NCBI GenBank assembly: GCA_022562935.1
Contig: JADFOI010000003.1
Span: 1-58,555, forward strand
Length of the DNA: 58,555 nucleotides
Direction of reading: 5' to 3'
Origin: Acidobacteriota bacterium
GTDB lineage: Bacteria; Acidobacteriota; UBA6911; RPQK01; JADFOI01
Shown here piece after piece: positions 17,317 to 27,661 of this stretch (positions within the stretch are counted from its first letter, which is position 1; each line of letters opens with the position of its first letter). A program made the position numbers and the translations under genes. The notes beneath the pieces were generated by a model. The model saw only the letters and a program-made list of their open reading frames with translations. It was not told where the DNA came from and did not search any database.

Positions 17317-18573
17317 ATGAATGAGCCAAGGATCGTGCTGCCGGATGAGGGAGAAAAGATCACATTTGTCAACGGGAAAATACAGGTCCCGAAGAATCCC
17401 TTCATTCCTTTTATTGAAGGCGACGGTATTGGACTGGACATCTGGCGAGCGACTCGGCAAGTGTTGGATGCGGCCGTTAAAACAGCATACGGAGGAGAGC
17501 GCTCGATTGCCTGGTGTGAAGTGTTTGCGGGTGAGAAGGCCAAGAGCAAGTTCGACGAGTGGCTGCCCCAGGAAACAATTGATGCCATCTCTGATTTATC
17601 GGTGGCCATCAAGGGACCTCTGACCACTCCGGTGGGGACGGGAATTCGCAGCCTGAATGTGACGCTTCGTCAGGTTCTGGATCTGTACAGCTGTGTGCGG
17701 CCTTGTCGCTACATCGAGGGGGTTCCCTCACCGGTCAAAGAGCCGCACAAGCTCGACGTGGTCATCTATCGGGAGAACACAGAGGACGTTTATGCAGGTA
17801 TCGAATGGGAGCAGGGAAGTGAGGAGGTCAAGGAGATCATCCATTTCCTGAATTCGAAATTCTCGACCAATATTCGGGAGGATTCAGGCATTGGCGTGAA
17901 GCCGATCTCTATTTTCGGAACCCGACGCCTGGTGCGCCAAGCGATTCGTTATGCGCTGGATCACGGGCGAAGGAGTGTCACTCTGGTTCACAAGGGCAAC
18001 ATCATGAAGTTCACCGAGGGAGCTTTTAGGGACTGGGGTTATCAGCTGGCGGCTGAAGAGTTTCCGGATCTCTGTATTAGGGAAGACGAGCTGTGGGAGA
18101 AAAATGACGGCAAACTTCCGGATGGAAAGATTCTGATCAATGATCGCATCGCCGATGCCATGTTCCAACAAGTGCTCTTGCGTCCCGATGAGTACGAAGT
18201 CATCGCTTTACCGAATTTAAATGGGGACTACCTTTCCGATGCATGTGCTGCCCAGGTTGGGGGGTTGGGCCTGGCACCGGGTGCCAATATCGGCGATCGG
18301 GTGGCGCTGTTTGAGGCCACTCATGGTACGGCACCCAAATATGCGGGCCAGGACAAGGTCAATCCCGGTTCCCTGATTCTCTCGGGAGTGATGATGCTGG
18401 AGCATCTGGGATGGCAGGAATCCGCCGATCTGATTGACTCAGGCCTGCGGAAAACCATTGCTCAAAAGCGCGTCACCTATGATCTGGAGCGCCAGATGGA
18501 GGGAGCAACCCTCTTGAAGACCAGTGAGTTTGCCGCTGCAATCATTGAAAACATGAACGGTGAAGGGAGTTAA
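17317..18573 (+). CDS. icd: NADP-dependent isocitrate dehydrogenase
   Basis: [59 protein letters not shown]. Confidence 0.97.
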   Translation: MNEPRIVLPDEGEKITFVNGKIQVPKNPFIPFIEGDGIGLDIWRATRQVLDAAVKTAYGGERSIAWCEVFAGEKAKSKFDEWLPQETIDAISDLSVAIKGPLTTPVGTGIRSLNVTLRQVLDLYSCVRPCRYIEGVPSPVKEPHKLDVVIYRENTEDVYAGIEWEQGSEEVKEIIHFLNSKFSTNIREDSGIGVKPISIFGTRRLVRQAIRYALDHGRRSVTLVHKGNIMKFTEGAFRDWGYQLAAEEFPDLCIREDELWEKNDGKLPDGKILINDRIADAMFQQVLLRPDEYEVIALPNLNGDYLSDACAAQVGGLGLAPGANIGDRVALFEATHGTAPKYAGQDKVNPGSLILSGVMMLEHLGWQESADLIDSGLRKTIAQKRVTYDLERQMEGATLLKTSEFAAAIIENMNGEGS

Positions 18574-18574
18574 G

Positions 18575-19513
18575 ATGCGAGCGAAAGTTACCGTTGTGGG
18601 CAGCGGGGCCGTGGGCTCGACCACCGCCATGCGCCTGGTGGAGCAACAACTGGCTGATGTGGTGTTGGTGGATATCCTGGAAGGGGTTCCCCAAGGAAAG
18701 GCGCTGGACCTGGCTGAAGCAGGACCCATAGGAGGCTACGATTTTCAGCTGACAGGATCCAACGACTATGAAACCAGCCAGGGTTCGGATGTGGTGGTCA
18801 TCACGGCCGGTTTGCCCCGTAAACCCGGGATGAGTCGCGATGATCTTCTCCTGAAGAACGCCGGTATCGTGAAGGAGGTCACGGAAAACATCACTCGTCA
18901 CAGCCCCGATGCCATCATAATCGTGGTGAGTAATCCGTTGGACGCCATGTGCCAGGTGGCTAAATCCGTGAGTGGCTTTCCCAGGGAACGTCTTTTTGGA
19001 ATGGCCGGAATTCTGGATTCTGCCCGTTTCCGGAGGTTCATCGCCTGGGAGCTCAACGTGTCCGTGGAGGACACCCATGCCTTTGTTTTGGGCGGGCACG
19101 GCGACACCATGGTTCCACTGGCTCGATATTCCACCGTGGCCGGCATTCCCATAACCGAGCTGATGGCAGAAGATCGTGTGGAAGCCCTCATCCAGCGTAC
19201 CCGGGACGGGGGAGCGGAGATCGTAGGGCTGCTCAAGACGGGAAGTGCCTACTACGCTCCCTCCGCGGCGGTGGCTGAGATGGTGGCCGCCATTTTGAGA
19301 GACAAGAAGAAGATTCTTCCCTGTTGTACTTACCTTCAGGGCGAATATGGAATCAATGATTTGTACGTTGGAGTTCCGGTGAAGCTGGGCCGGAAGGGGA
19401 TGGAGCAAATCATGGAAATAAGCCTGAGCAAGGAAGAGGAAACTCAACTTCAGAACTCCGCCGCCGCCGTTCAGCAACTGGTGGATGTCTTGAAAGAAAA
19501 CGACTACCTTTAA
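18575..19513 (+). CDS. mdh: Malate dehydrogenase (LDH-like type)
   Basis: [52 protein letters not shown]. Confidence 0.96.
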   Translation: MRAKVTVVGSGAVGSTTAMRLVEQQLADVVLVDILEGVPQGKALDLAEAGPIGGYDFQLTGSNDYETSQGSDVVVITAGLPRKPGMSRDDLLLKNAGIVKEVTENITRHSPDAIIIVVSNPLDAMCQVAKSVSGFPRERLFGMAGILDSARFRRFIAWELNVSVEDTHAFVLGGHGDTMVPLARYSTVAGIPITELMAEDRVEALIQRTRDGGAEIVGLLKTGSAYYAPSAAVAEMVAAILRDKKKILPCCTYLQGEYGINDLYVGVPVKLGRKGMEQIMEISLSKEEETQLQNSAAAVQQLVDVLKENDYL

Positions 19514-19552
19514 CGATTGAAGTTCGGACCGAAACTCAATCGTAGAAAATAG

Positions 19553-19600
19553 AGAGGGGAGCTGGGGGACTGTCCCCCAACTCCCCTCTTTTCTTTCTAT
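19553..19600 (+). terminator. Probable intrinsic terminator of icd-mdh
   Basis: 17-bp GC-rich stem (one mismatch) at 19553-19589 followed by a T-rich tract that continues as a (TTTTCTA)n array. Confidence 0.6.
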
Positions 19601-19621
19601 TTTCTATTTTCTATTTTCTAT

Positions 19622-19665
19622 TCGTTAGGAACGAAGTTCGTTTTAACGAACTTCGTTCCTAACGA
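19622..19665. repeat. Perfect 21-bp-arm inverted repeat overlapping the lysA stop
   Basis: tcgttaggaacgaagttcgtt-tt-aacgaacttcgttcctaacga. Confidence 0.95.
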
Positions 19666-20887
19666 GATCCTCGTAGGTCTCTCTTTGGCGAATGAGCTGA
19701 CAATCCTCTCCGTCCACCAGAATCTCAGGGGCTCTGCGACGAGAGTTGTAATTGGAAGCGAGCACGAAGCCATAAGCTCCGACGTTCATCACGGCCAGGT
19801 AGTCCCCTATTTTCAGTGGGGGCAATAATCGGTTCCGGGCGAAAAAGTCCCCTGTTTCGCAGACTGGACCCACCACGTCCATCTCGATCGCGAGTCCTTC
19901 CTGTTGCTCGACCGGCTGGATTTCGTGATAGGCCTGATAAAGAGAAGGACGCATGAGGTCATTCATGGCCCCATCCACGATCAAAAAATGCTTTTTCTGG
20001 TTGATCTTGTGATAGAGGACCTTGTTCAACAATACGCCTGTATTTCCAACAATAAACCTTCCAGGCTCGAAGAGGATTTGATACTCCTCTCGATGTTCTC
20101 TGAGGAACTCGGCGTACGATTTTAGATCGGCCTCAGTCTCGTCCTGGTAGGGAATTCCAATTCCTCCTCCCAGGTCCAGATGCTTGATGGGCAGGCCTTT
20201 TGTCTCGAAACGGGCGGCCGCTGCCTTCAGTTCAAGAAAAGCATCCAAAAAGGGCTGGATCTCCAGAATCTGGGAGCCGATGTGACATCCCAGACCCACC
20301 AGTTGTACAGGTTGGGATTGCCTTAGCAAATCAATGATTTCCTCGATCCGATCCATGCTGATACCGAACTTGTGCTGTTGGAGGCCCGTCGCTACATAGG
20401 GATGGGTTGGGGACTCCACGTTGGGGTTCAGCCTCAATGAAATATTGGGGCGGACATTCTTTGTCTTAGCCAGGGCGATAAGGGCTTTCAATTCTTCCAT
20501 CGACTCGATATTGAGGCTCAAAAGGGGCATTTCCAGAGCCGTTTCAATTTCCTCGATGGTCTTTCCCACACCGCTGAAAATGATTCGTTCGGGATCCGCT
20601 CCAATCTTCCTCAGTGCGTAAAGCTCGCCTCCGGAGACCACGTCAAAGCCACTCCCTTCTTCCTGCAGCAAGGTCAGGATAGCCAGATTCGAGTTGGCCT
20701 TCACGGCATAGCAAATCAGCGGGTCCAGGGCTTCAAAGCTGCTGCGGAAGGAGCGGTAATTTTGGCGGATTGCATTTTTACTGTAGACGTAGCAGGGTGT
20801 ATCGAACTGTTGGGCTATCCTGCTCAGGGGAATCCCTTCACACTGGAGTTCTCCCTGATGGTAGTGAAAAGCTTGGTTGAGGACCAT
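19643..20887 (-). CDS. lysA: Diaminopimelate decarboxylase
   Basis: YAVKANSNL, FDVVSGGEL, HIGSQI, DLGGG, EPGRFIVG, GPVCETGD, GAYG...SNYNSR. Confidence 0.96.
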   Translation of the reverse strand: MVLNQAFHYHQGELQCEGIPLSRIAQQFDTPCYVYSKNAIRQNYRSFRSSFEALDPLICYAVKANSNLAILTLLQEEGSGFDVVSGGELYALRKIGADPERIIFSGVGKTIEEIETALEMPLLSLNIESMEELKALIALAKTKNVRPNISLRLNPNVESPTHPYVATGLQQHKFGISMDRIEEIIDLLRQSQPVQLVGLGCHIGSQILEIQPFLDAFLELKAAAARFETKGLPIKHLDLGGGIGIPYQDETEADLKSYAEFLREHREEYQILFEPGRFIVGNTGVLLNKVLYHKINQKKHFLIVDGAMNDLMRPSLYQAYHEIQPVEQQEGLAIEMDVVGPVCETGDFFARNRLLPPLKIGDYLAVMNVGAYGFVLASNYNSRRRAPEILVDGEDCQLIRQRETYEDLVRNEVR

Positions 20888-20970
20888 GAGCTGAAGACGA
20901 GGATCTTAACAGAGGGGGTTCGAGGGTGTCTACTTTGCCGGTATCGGATAGCAGGCCCTGGCGTTAGAAT

Positions 20971-21978
20971 GTGTCCATCGTGGCAACTGAATTCGATGTG
21001 GTTACCGGAGGGGCGGGTTTTATCGGTTCCCATCTATGCCGCGCTCTTTTGAGACAGGGTCGAAAGGTTCGCATCCTGGACAACTTTTCCACCGGCACCC
21101 GGGAGAACCTGGCACAGATACAGAAACAGCACCCGGATCAATGTGAGGTTTACGAGCAGGATATTCGTGAGTTGAGCGAGCTGAAGAAACTCTTCCAGGA
21201 GGCGGGTACAATCTACCACCAGGCCGCCATCACCTCGGTCCAAAAATCTGTGGAAGATCCACTGGAGTGCAACAGCGTCAATGTGGAAGGGACTTTAAAG
21301 GTTTTGGTGGCAGCGAAAGCTGCGGGAGCTAAAAAGGTAATCTTTGCCAGCAGCACTTCCGTTTATGGGGACTCTGAGCTTCTTCCCAAGAGAGAGGAGA
21401 TGAAACCCGAGCCAATTTCTCCTTATGCTGTGACCAAGTATGTGGGCGAGCTTTACTGCAAGATTTTCTCAGAAATACACAAGTTGCCGACTCTTGCACT
21501 GCGTTACTTTAACGTTTTTGGTCCCAACCAGGATCCGAAATCCGAGTACGCCGCCGTAGTGCCCCGTTTTATTTCCCGAACCCTGGCAGGAGAAAGTCCC
21601 ATCATCTACGGTGACGGAGAACAAAGCCGGGACTTTATCTTTGTCGAAGACGTGGTCGCAGCCAATCTTCTGGCGGCTGCTTCAGATGTTCAGGGAACCC
21701 ATCTGAATGTCGCATGTGGCCAGGCATTTACGGTCAATGAAGTGGCCAGGATGATTAATGAAATTCTGGGTCTGGACCTCGAGCCGATCTACGAATCTGC
21801 TCGTCTCGGAGACGTCCGCCGTTCAGAGGCCGATATCTCCCAGGCCAGCAAGCTCATTGATTTCAAGCCTAAGTGCTCACTCCGCAACGGTTTGAGCCAA
21901 ACGGTGGAGTGGTTTCAGAACAAGGGCGAAGGGTCTGGCGGAGGTTCTAAAGGAGGTTCTAACGGAGGGAGCCAGTGA
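20971..21978 (+). CDS. NAD-dependent nucleotide-sugar epimerase/dehydratase (extended SDR)
   Basis: VTGGAGFIGS, ASSTSVYG, SPYAVTK (YxxxK), LRYFNVFGP, RDFIFV. Start could be GTG 20980. Confidence 0.93.
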   Translation: MSIVATEFDVVTGGAGFIGSHLCRALLRQGRKVRILDNFSTGTRENLAQIQKQHPDQCEVYEQDIRELSELKKLFQEAGTIYHQAAITSVQKSVEDPLECNSVNVEGTLKVLVAAKAAGAKKVIFASSTSVYGDSELLPKREEMKPEPISPYAVTKYVGELYCKIFSEIHKLPTLALRYFNVFGPNQDPKSEYAAVVPRFISRTLAGESPIIYGDGEQSRDFIFVEDVVAANLLAAASDVQGTHLNVACGQAFTVNEVARMINEILGLDLEPIYESARLGDVRRSEADISQASKLIDFKPKCSLRNGLSQTVEWFQNKGEGSGGGSKGGSNGGSQ

Positions 21979-21979
21979 T

Positions 21980-23272
21980 ATGGATCTAAAAGAGAAAATA
22001 TTGAGCAAGAAGGCCCAGATCGGTGTCGTCGGTGTGGGCTACGCCGGGCTGCCTCTAGCCATGGAATTTGCGCGCAGTGGCTTCAAGGTGCACGGCATCG
22101 ATGTGGATGATGAAAAGGTCAAGGATCTCAATGAAGGGAAGTCCCACATTGAGGACGTCAAGGACGACATGCTCCAGTTTGCCATCCGTGCAGGATGCTT
22201 CGAGGCTCACTCAGACTATGAAGTCGTCTCACAGTTGGACTGTGTGATTCTGTGTGTTCCCACCCCTTTGCGGCAGACCAAGGATCCCGATATCAGCTAT
22301 ATCGTCGATGCGGCCCAGGCCGTCAAAAAACACCTGCACAAGGATATGCTGATCGTTTTGCAGAGCACCACCTATCCGGGTACCACCGAAGAAGTCGTGA
22401 GGGCGGAGTTTGAGAGTGAGAATGTGCAAATCGGCAAGGATCTTTTCCTGGGGTTTTCTCCCGAGCGGATCGATCCAGGCAACCTCAAGTTCACCATCAA
22501 GAACACCCCCAAGATCGTGGGGGGGATCACCCCTCAATGCACCGAGATGGCCAAGACGCTTTATGAGCAAGTCATTGATAGGGTGATTCCTGTATCTTCG
22601 GCAGCCGCGGCGGAAATGGTAAAGCTGCTAGAGAACACTTTCAGGGCTGTGAACATAGGGCTGGTCAACGAAATTGCCATCATGTGCGAAAAACTGGGAA
22701 TCTCTGTCTGGGAAGTCATCGAGGCTGCCGCCTCCAAACCCTTTGGCTTCATGCCCTTTTTCCCGGGTCCCGGTCTGGGTGGACACTGTATTCCCATCGA
22801 TCCTCTCTACCTGTCCTGGAAATTAAAGATGCTCAACTACAATGCGCGTTTTATTGAATTGGCAAGTGAAGTCAACACTCAAATGCCGGAATATTGTGTC
22901 TATCGAATCGTGGGAGTCCTGAACCGGAATCAAAAGTGTGTGAATGGGACAAAGGTCCTGCTTATTGGCCTGACTTATAAGAAGGACGTCAGCGATGTGC
23001 GCGAATCCCCCGCTCTGGACATCATGCGGCTGCTGGAAAAGGGGGGGGCGCAGGTGGACTATTCGGATCCCTATGTTTCACAATTGAGCATTGATGATGT
23101 CGTGAAGAAATCCGTGTCTCTTGAGCCAGCAACCATCCAGGAGTACGACCTGCTGGTGATGGTGACCGATCATTCCGCTTTTGATTACGCAATGATCCAG
23201 AAGTCGGCACAGTTGATTTTCGATGCGCGAAACGTTTTCAGAGAGGCTTTTGACAACGTGGTCAAGCTCTGA
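21980..23272 (+). CDS. Nucleotide-sugar dehydrogenase (UDP-GlcNAc C6 dehydrogenase-like)
   Basis: GVGYAGLP, CVPTP, STTYPGTT, SPERIDPG, KLLENTFR, GGHCIPIDP, YKKDVSDVRESP. Confidence 0.93.
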   Translation: MDLKEKILSKKAQIGVVGVGYAGLPLAMEFARSGFKVHGIDVDDEKVKDLNEGKSHIEDVKDDMLQFAIRAGCFEAHSDYEVVSQLDCVILCVPTPLRQTKDPDISYIVDAAQAVKKHLHKDMLIVLQSTTYPGTTEEVVRAEFESENVQIGKDLFLGFSPERIDPGNLKFTIKNTPKIVGGITPQCTEMAKTLYEQVIDRVIPVSSAAAAEMVKLLENTFRAVNIGLVNEIAIMCEKLGISVWEVIEAAASKPFGFMPFFPGPGLGGHCIPIDPLYLSWKLKMLNYNARFIELASEVNTQMPEYCVYRIVGVLNRNQKCVNGTKVLLIGLTYKKDVSDVRESPALDIMRLLEKGGAQVDYSDPYVSQLSIDDVVKKSVSLEPATIQEYDLLVMVTDHSAFDYAMIQKSAQLIFDARNVFREAFDNVVKL

Positions 23273-23305
23273 AAGTCATGGTGGGTGTGTTGAAGCGGGT
23301 ATGAT

Positions 23306-24544
23306 TTGATGTTGGATCGGTGGATCTCGTTCGCTGTCATTGCTGCAGTGGTGAGCTCTTTGTTGTCCATCGCTGTATCGGAGGTCTGCTTTGGCATCGC
23401 TATCTTACTGTGGGTGGCAGATTGCTGGAAATCCAGAGAGTTTCGCCTGAAGATCCCTTCCTTTACTCCTTTCTTGCTGGCCTTTTTTGTAGCCGTATTG
23501 ATCTCGATTGCCTTCTCCACCGATGTCCTTGGCAGCGCCCCTTATCTGAAGAAGTTCATCAAATTTCTCTACATTTTTTTGATCTTTACCTACCTGAATC
23601 GAGAACGGGTGGAGTTCGCTCTCAAAGCGCTGTTTGGGGTTATGGGAATCAGTGCAGTGTACGGCGTCCTGCAGTACTTTTGGTTGTGGGAGGTCAATCT
23701 GCTCCATCGCATTGAGGGATTCATGAGCCACTGGATGACATTCTCGGGACAGTTGATGTTGGTTTCCGTGGCACTGGCGGGGTATCTGCTCCTGTATCGG
23801 TTACCTTTCACTTTAGCTGGGGAAGAAAAGAAAAGTCCTCAAGAGGCGAGTGGGGGAAAGAAGTGGTCGCCTCTAAACATCCTCCCCATAGGAGCCTGGG
23901 GTATGCTGCTGGCCCTTTTCTTGTTTGTGCTGGTTCTGACCCAGACTCGAAACACCTGGTTAGGGACGCTGGGCGGACTATGTTTGCTCCTAGCCGTCTA
24001 TCGGGTCAGGTGGCTGGTGACAGGCGTGGTCCTTCTACTGGTCGTGTTTCTTGCCCTTCCCAGTGGTTTCAAGGAGCGTTTCTATTCCAGTTTTGACCCA
24101 ACCGATACAACGACACGGGTTCGCATTGAGCTGTTCCTGACCGGAAGAAATATCATCGTTGCACATCCCTGGATGGGCTTGGGCCCGAGCATGGTGTCTC
24201 GTCACTTTCACGACTACACTGGAACGGACGAATTTCCCTCTTGGATCTATCAACATCTTCACAACAATTTCTTGCACATCGCCGCTGAGATGGGAGTGAT
24301 CACCCTATTGATTTGGGTGGCCCTGTGGGTTCGTCTGTTCTGGGATTTCGTGGGTTTTGTGAGAGGTCAAGCCTCCGATCGGTTTTTGTCCTGTATCGCG
24401 ATGAGCGGAGTGGGTGTGCTGGCGGCGTTTCTGTTGGCGGGTCTGTTTGAGTATAATTTCGGTGATTCGGAGATTCTGATTTTGCTCCTGTTTTTCATTA
24501 CGATTCCCTATGTGGTCCATGATGAACAGGAAAAAGGCGCTTAA
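23306..24544 (+). CDS. O-antigen ligase family membrane protein
   Basis: Multi-TM; LTQTRNTWLG, RIELF...PWMGLGP, HLHNNFLHIAAEMG. Confidence 0.88.
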   Translation: MMLDRWISFAVIAAVVSSLLSIAVSEVCFGIAILLWVADCWKSREFRLKIPSFTPFLLAFFVAVLISIAFSTDVLGSAPYLKKFIKFLYIFLIFTYLNRERVEFALKALFGVMGISAVYGVLQYFWLWEVNLLHRIEGFMSHWMTFSGQLMLVSVALAGYLLLYRLPFTLAGEEKKSPQEASGGKKWSPLNILPIGAWGMLLALFLFVLVLTQTRNTWLGTLGGLCLLLAVYRVRWLVTGVVLLLVVFLALPSGFKERFYSSFDPTDTTTRVRIELFLTGRNIIVAHPWMGLGPSMVSRHFHDYTGTDEFPSWIYQHLHNNFLHIAAEMGVITLLIWVALWVRLFWDFVGFVRGQASDRFLSCIAMSGVGVLAAFLLAGLFEYNFGDSEILILLLFFITIPYVVHDEQEKGA

Positions 24545-25640
24545 TATTGCCCTTCTGGGGACTCGTGGAATTCCCGCCAACTACGGAGGGTTTGAAACTT
24601 TTGCCGAGGAACTTTCCACTCGTCTGGCGGATCGAGGACACCGGGTTACGGTCTACGGCCGGTCCCACTTTGTCGATCCGAAATTGCGCTCCTATCGTGG
24701 GGTCGACATTCTGCCGCTGTTTTCTGTGCGCACCAAGTATCTGGAGACCGTGACTCATACTTCTCTCTCTGTTTTGATCGCGCTTTTCAAGCCTCATGAT
24801 GTCGTTTTGATCTGCAATGCCGCCAATGCCTTTCTTTGTTGGATCCCCAAGATCGCCGGCCAGAAGGTGGTTCTCAACGTGGATGGTATCGAGCGACGGC
24901 GCCAGAAATGGAGCCGCCTGGGCAAGGCCTACTATCGCATGAGTGAATTCCTCGCCACAATTCTCCCCGATCGAGTGGTGACGGACGCTCGTTCCGTTCA
25001 AGAATACTATCTTAAGGAGTATGGATTTCGTTCCCCGTTTATACCCTACGGTGCTCCGGTCCAGAAGTGCGAAAGTCGTGAAGAGCTGAAAGCCCACGGG
25101 CTCAGTCCTGGAGAATATATTCTCTACGTCAGCCGGCTTGAACCGGAAAACAACGCTCACCTGGTGATCCGGGCCTATATAGAATCTACAATCGATGATC
25201 CGCTGGTTATCGTGGGAGATGCGCCCTATGCCGAAGTATATATCCGCGAACTCAAGCGCCTGGCCGAGGGGAAAAACATTGTGTTTCCGGGAGCCATTTA
25301 TGGTGTCGGCTACCGCGAATTGCTTTCCCATTGTCTGTGCTACATTCACGCAACCGAGGTGGGAGGGACTCACCCGGCTTTGATTGAGGCCATGGGGGCA
25401 GGTTGTCTGGTGTTGGTCAACGAGACGGTTGAGAATCGTGAGGTGGTGGGTGAGGCGGGTTTTCTCTATCCCTTCAACGAGGTGGGGTCCCTGGCTCAGT
25501 CGATCAGGCGGGTCTCGTCCCGACCGCAAGACTACGGGTTGTACAGGGAGCAAGCTCAGCAGCGTGTTCGTGATCGATACGATTGGGACACCGTCGTGAC
25601 TCAGTACGAGGCTATGTTCCATGAACTCACCGTCCATTGA
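24522..25640 (+). CDS. Glycosyltransferase family 4 (GT-B)
   Basis: IALLGTRGIPANYGGFETF, RLEPENN, EVGGTHPALIEAM. Start at 24519 or 24522. Confidence 0.92.
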   Translation: MNRKKALNIALLGTRGIPANYGGFETFAEELSTRLADRGHRVTVYGRSHFVDPKLRSYRGVDILPLFSVRTKYLETVTHTSLSVLIALFKPHDVVLICNAANAFLCWIPKIAGQKVVLNVDGIERRRQKWSRLGKAYYRMSEFLATILPDRVVTDARSVQEYYLKEYGFRSPFIPYGAPVQKCESREELKAHGLSPGEYILYVSRLEPENNAHLVIRAYIESTIDDPLVIVGDAPYAEVYIRELKRLAEGKNIVFPGAIYGVGYRELLSHCLCYIHATEVGGTHPALIEAMGAGCLVLVNETVENREVVGEAGFLYPFNEVGSLAQSIRRVSSRPQDYGLYREQAQQRVRDRYDWDTVVTQYEAMFHELTVH

Positions 25641-25655
25641 ACCGACGGAAAACCC

Positions 25656-26726
25656 ATGAAGAGTGACCCGCGCTACGAACAGGTCCGTCATCCCATACGA
25701 AGCAACAAGGCGGTATTGGTAAGTCTGGTCACCTACAATGACGAGTCTTTTCTGGGCCGGTGTCTGGAAGCGGTGCGAAGCCAAACGATTCGAGTTCGTT
25801 TGAAGATCTTCGACAACGCTTCTCAAGATGGGACTCGGGACATCGCTCAAAGCTTTGGCGTTCAATTCCACGAATCGACAGAGAATTTTGGCTACAGTTT
25901 CGGACACAACTACAACCTTCTGGATGAAGATTTTGACACTGTTCTGCTTCTGAATGCGGACGTGATTTTACAGGCCAATTATCTTGAAATACTTCTGGGC
26001 GTCCTCGACGAAGTCGAAAAAGCGGGGATGGCAGGTGGAAAACTGTATCGAATGGATAGGAAAGGCCGCCAGATTTCACGAAGGACCTTCCCCGTCCTGG
26101 ATAGCACAGGGATGTTCTTTACTCCTTCCCAGAGGCATTTTGACCGGGGAAGTGAAGAAGAAGACCACGGACAGTATGACATCCGTCAATTCGTTTTCGG
26201 TATCAGCGGGGCGACACTCCTGTGCAAGAAAGAAATGCTAGAGGACTTACGCCTTGGGGATGAGTATCTGGATGAAGATTTCTTTGCCTATCGGGAAGAC
26301 GCGGATCTGGCCTGGAGGGCTCAGATGCGGGGCTGGAAGGCGATCTACGAACCGGGAGCTGAGGCCCTGCACTGCCGTCGCGTTCTTCCCAGGGGCAGGA
26401 GATGGCTCCCCGCCCTCATTAATTACCATTCCCTCAAGAATCGCTATCTGATGCGGATGAAAAACCTGGATACCGCGGTGCGACGACGCTGTTTTCCCTA
26501 TATGTGGATTCGGGATGCGGGGATTTTGGTCTATGTCTTGTTTTTTGAGTGGAATTCGCTCCCGGCTTATCGAGAAGTCTGGCGACTTCGGGATAAATTT
26601 AAAAGGAAAAGAGAACACGTTCAGAGCACACGCTCTGTAAGTCCCGATGCCCTCGCCCATTGGTTTTCCTTCACTCCCAGAGCGCTGAGCGCTGAAGGCT
26701 CAACACAGAAAACAGAAAAAAGATAG
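25656..26726 (+). CDS. Glycosyltransferase family 2 (GT-A)
   Basis: VTYN, DNASQD, NFGYSFGHN, LLNADV, YREDADLAWR. Confidence 0.9.
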   Translation: MKSDPRYEQVRHPIRSNKAVLVSLVTYNDESFLGRCLEAVRSQTIRVRLKIFDNASQDGTRDIAQSFGVQFHESTENFGYSFGHNYNLLDEDFDTVLLLNADVILQANYLEILLGVLDEVEKAGMAGGKLYRMDRKGRQISRRTFPVLDSTGMFFTPSQRHFDRGSEEEDHGQYDIRQFVFGISGATLLCKKEMLEDLRLGDEYLDEDFFAYREDADLAWRAQMRGWKAIYEPGAEALHCRRVLPRGRRWLPALINYHSLKNRYLMRMKNLDTAVRRRCFPYMWIRDAGILVYVLFFEWNSLPAYREVWRLRDKFKRKREHVQSTRSVSPDALAHWFSFTPRALSAEGSTQKTEKR

Positions 26727-26735
26727 GAGCCTCTA

Positions 26736-26882
26736 GCGCGCTTCGCGCGCGTTCCAGGCTCCAGGTTCCAGGTCCTAGTTTTGAATTTTGGATTTGGAAT
26801 TTGTTGGGGCCTGAGAATTTTGGATTTTGAATTTCAGCTGAGAGCTGACGGAAGTCAGCTCTCAGCTGTCAGTTCTCAGCTG
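26736..26882 (-). repeat. Hairpin-heptamer composite module between convergent genes
   Basis: Minus strand: (CAGCTGA)-type array, 15-bp-arm hairpin with TTCC loop, (AAATTCA/C)n, (CCTGGAA)n, GCGCGCGAAGCGCGC. Confidence 0.85.
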
Positions 26883-27625
26883 TTCTGCCATGCCTCAAAC
26901 CCACCCTTAAGGGTGTAGACGTTTTGGAATCCCTGCGTCTTTAAGAACTGGGTGGTGGTGAGACTCCGCTGGCCATGCTGGCAGTACACAATGATCTCGC
27001 GATCTCTGGGCCAACTGCTGACGATTTCCTGCCCGAGCTTCTCATCCACCATCAAGGCCCCTTCGATTTTTCCCTGCTCGGCCTCAGAAGGCGCACGCAG
27101 GTCTAAAACGGTCAATTCCGAGTTTTTGGAGATCTGCTGTTTCGCCTCTTCCACGGTAATCTCCAACTTAGCCAGTGGATCGTAGATCTCGACAGATTCA
27201 TCAATCTGTTCTCCGCAATACTTGTCGTAGGCGCTGGTCAGCACCTTAGCCAGAGTTTCCATCGTCTGGCCCTCAATGTGGTGTCTTTCGACGATGTGCA
27301 CGAGCTTGCCATCGCGGAAGACAGCCATGCAGGGGGAGGAGGGGGCATAACCCACGAACAATTCCCTGGCCCGATCCACCGCTTCCACGTCATTGCCGGC
27401 AAAGGCTGTCGTCAGAGTCTGGGGAAGGATCTCATTCTTAAGAGATTCAAGAAGGGCAGGTCTGGCTATCCCGGCAGCGCATCCGCAGACGGAGTTAATA
27501 AAGATCAGTGTTGTGGAGTCCTTTTGGGCTACCAGGGCATCCACGTCTTTAGCCGTGCGTAATTCCTTAAAACCCGCACGGGTCATTTCATCGCGCATGG
27601 GTTGAACCATTTCGGGATCGTACAT
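26876..27625 (-). CDS. BrxA/BrxB (bacilliredoxin, DUF1094) fused to a C-terminal rhodanese domain
   Basis: MYDPEMVQPMRDE...NSVCGCAAG...PSSP...ERHHIEG; then LDLR...IIVYCQHGQRS...LKGGFEAW. Confidence 0.88.
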   Translation of the reverse strand: MYDPEMVQPMRDEMTRAGFKELRTAKDVDALVAQKDSTTLIFINSVCGCAAGIARPALLESLKNEILPQTLTTAFAGNDVEAVDRARELFVGYAPSSPCMAVFRDGKLVHIVERHHIEGQTMETLAKVLTSAYDKYCGEQIDESVEIYDPLAKLEITVEEAKQQISKNSELTVLDLRAPSEAEQGKIEGALMVDEKLGQEIVSSWPRDREIIVYCQHGQRSLTTTQFLKTQGFQNVYTLKGGFEAWQNS

Positions 27626-27661
27626 AGGTATTCCTCCTTTATTAGGTCACGAGAGATTTCC

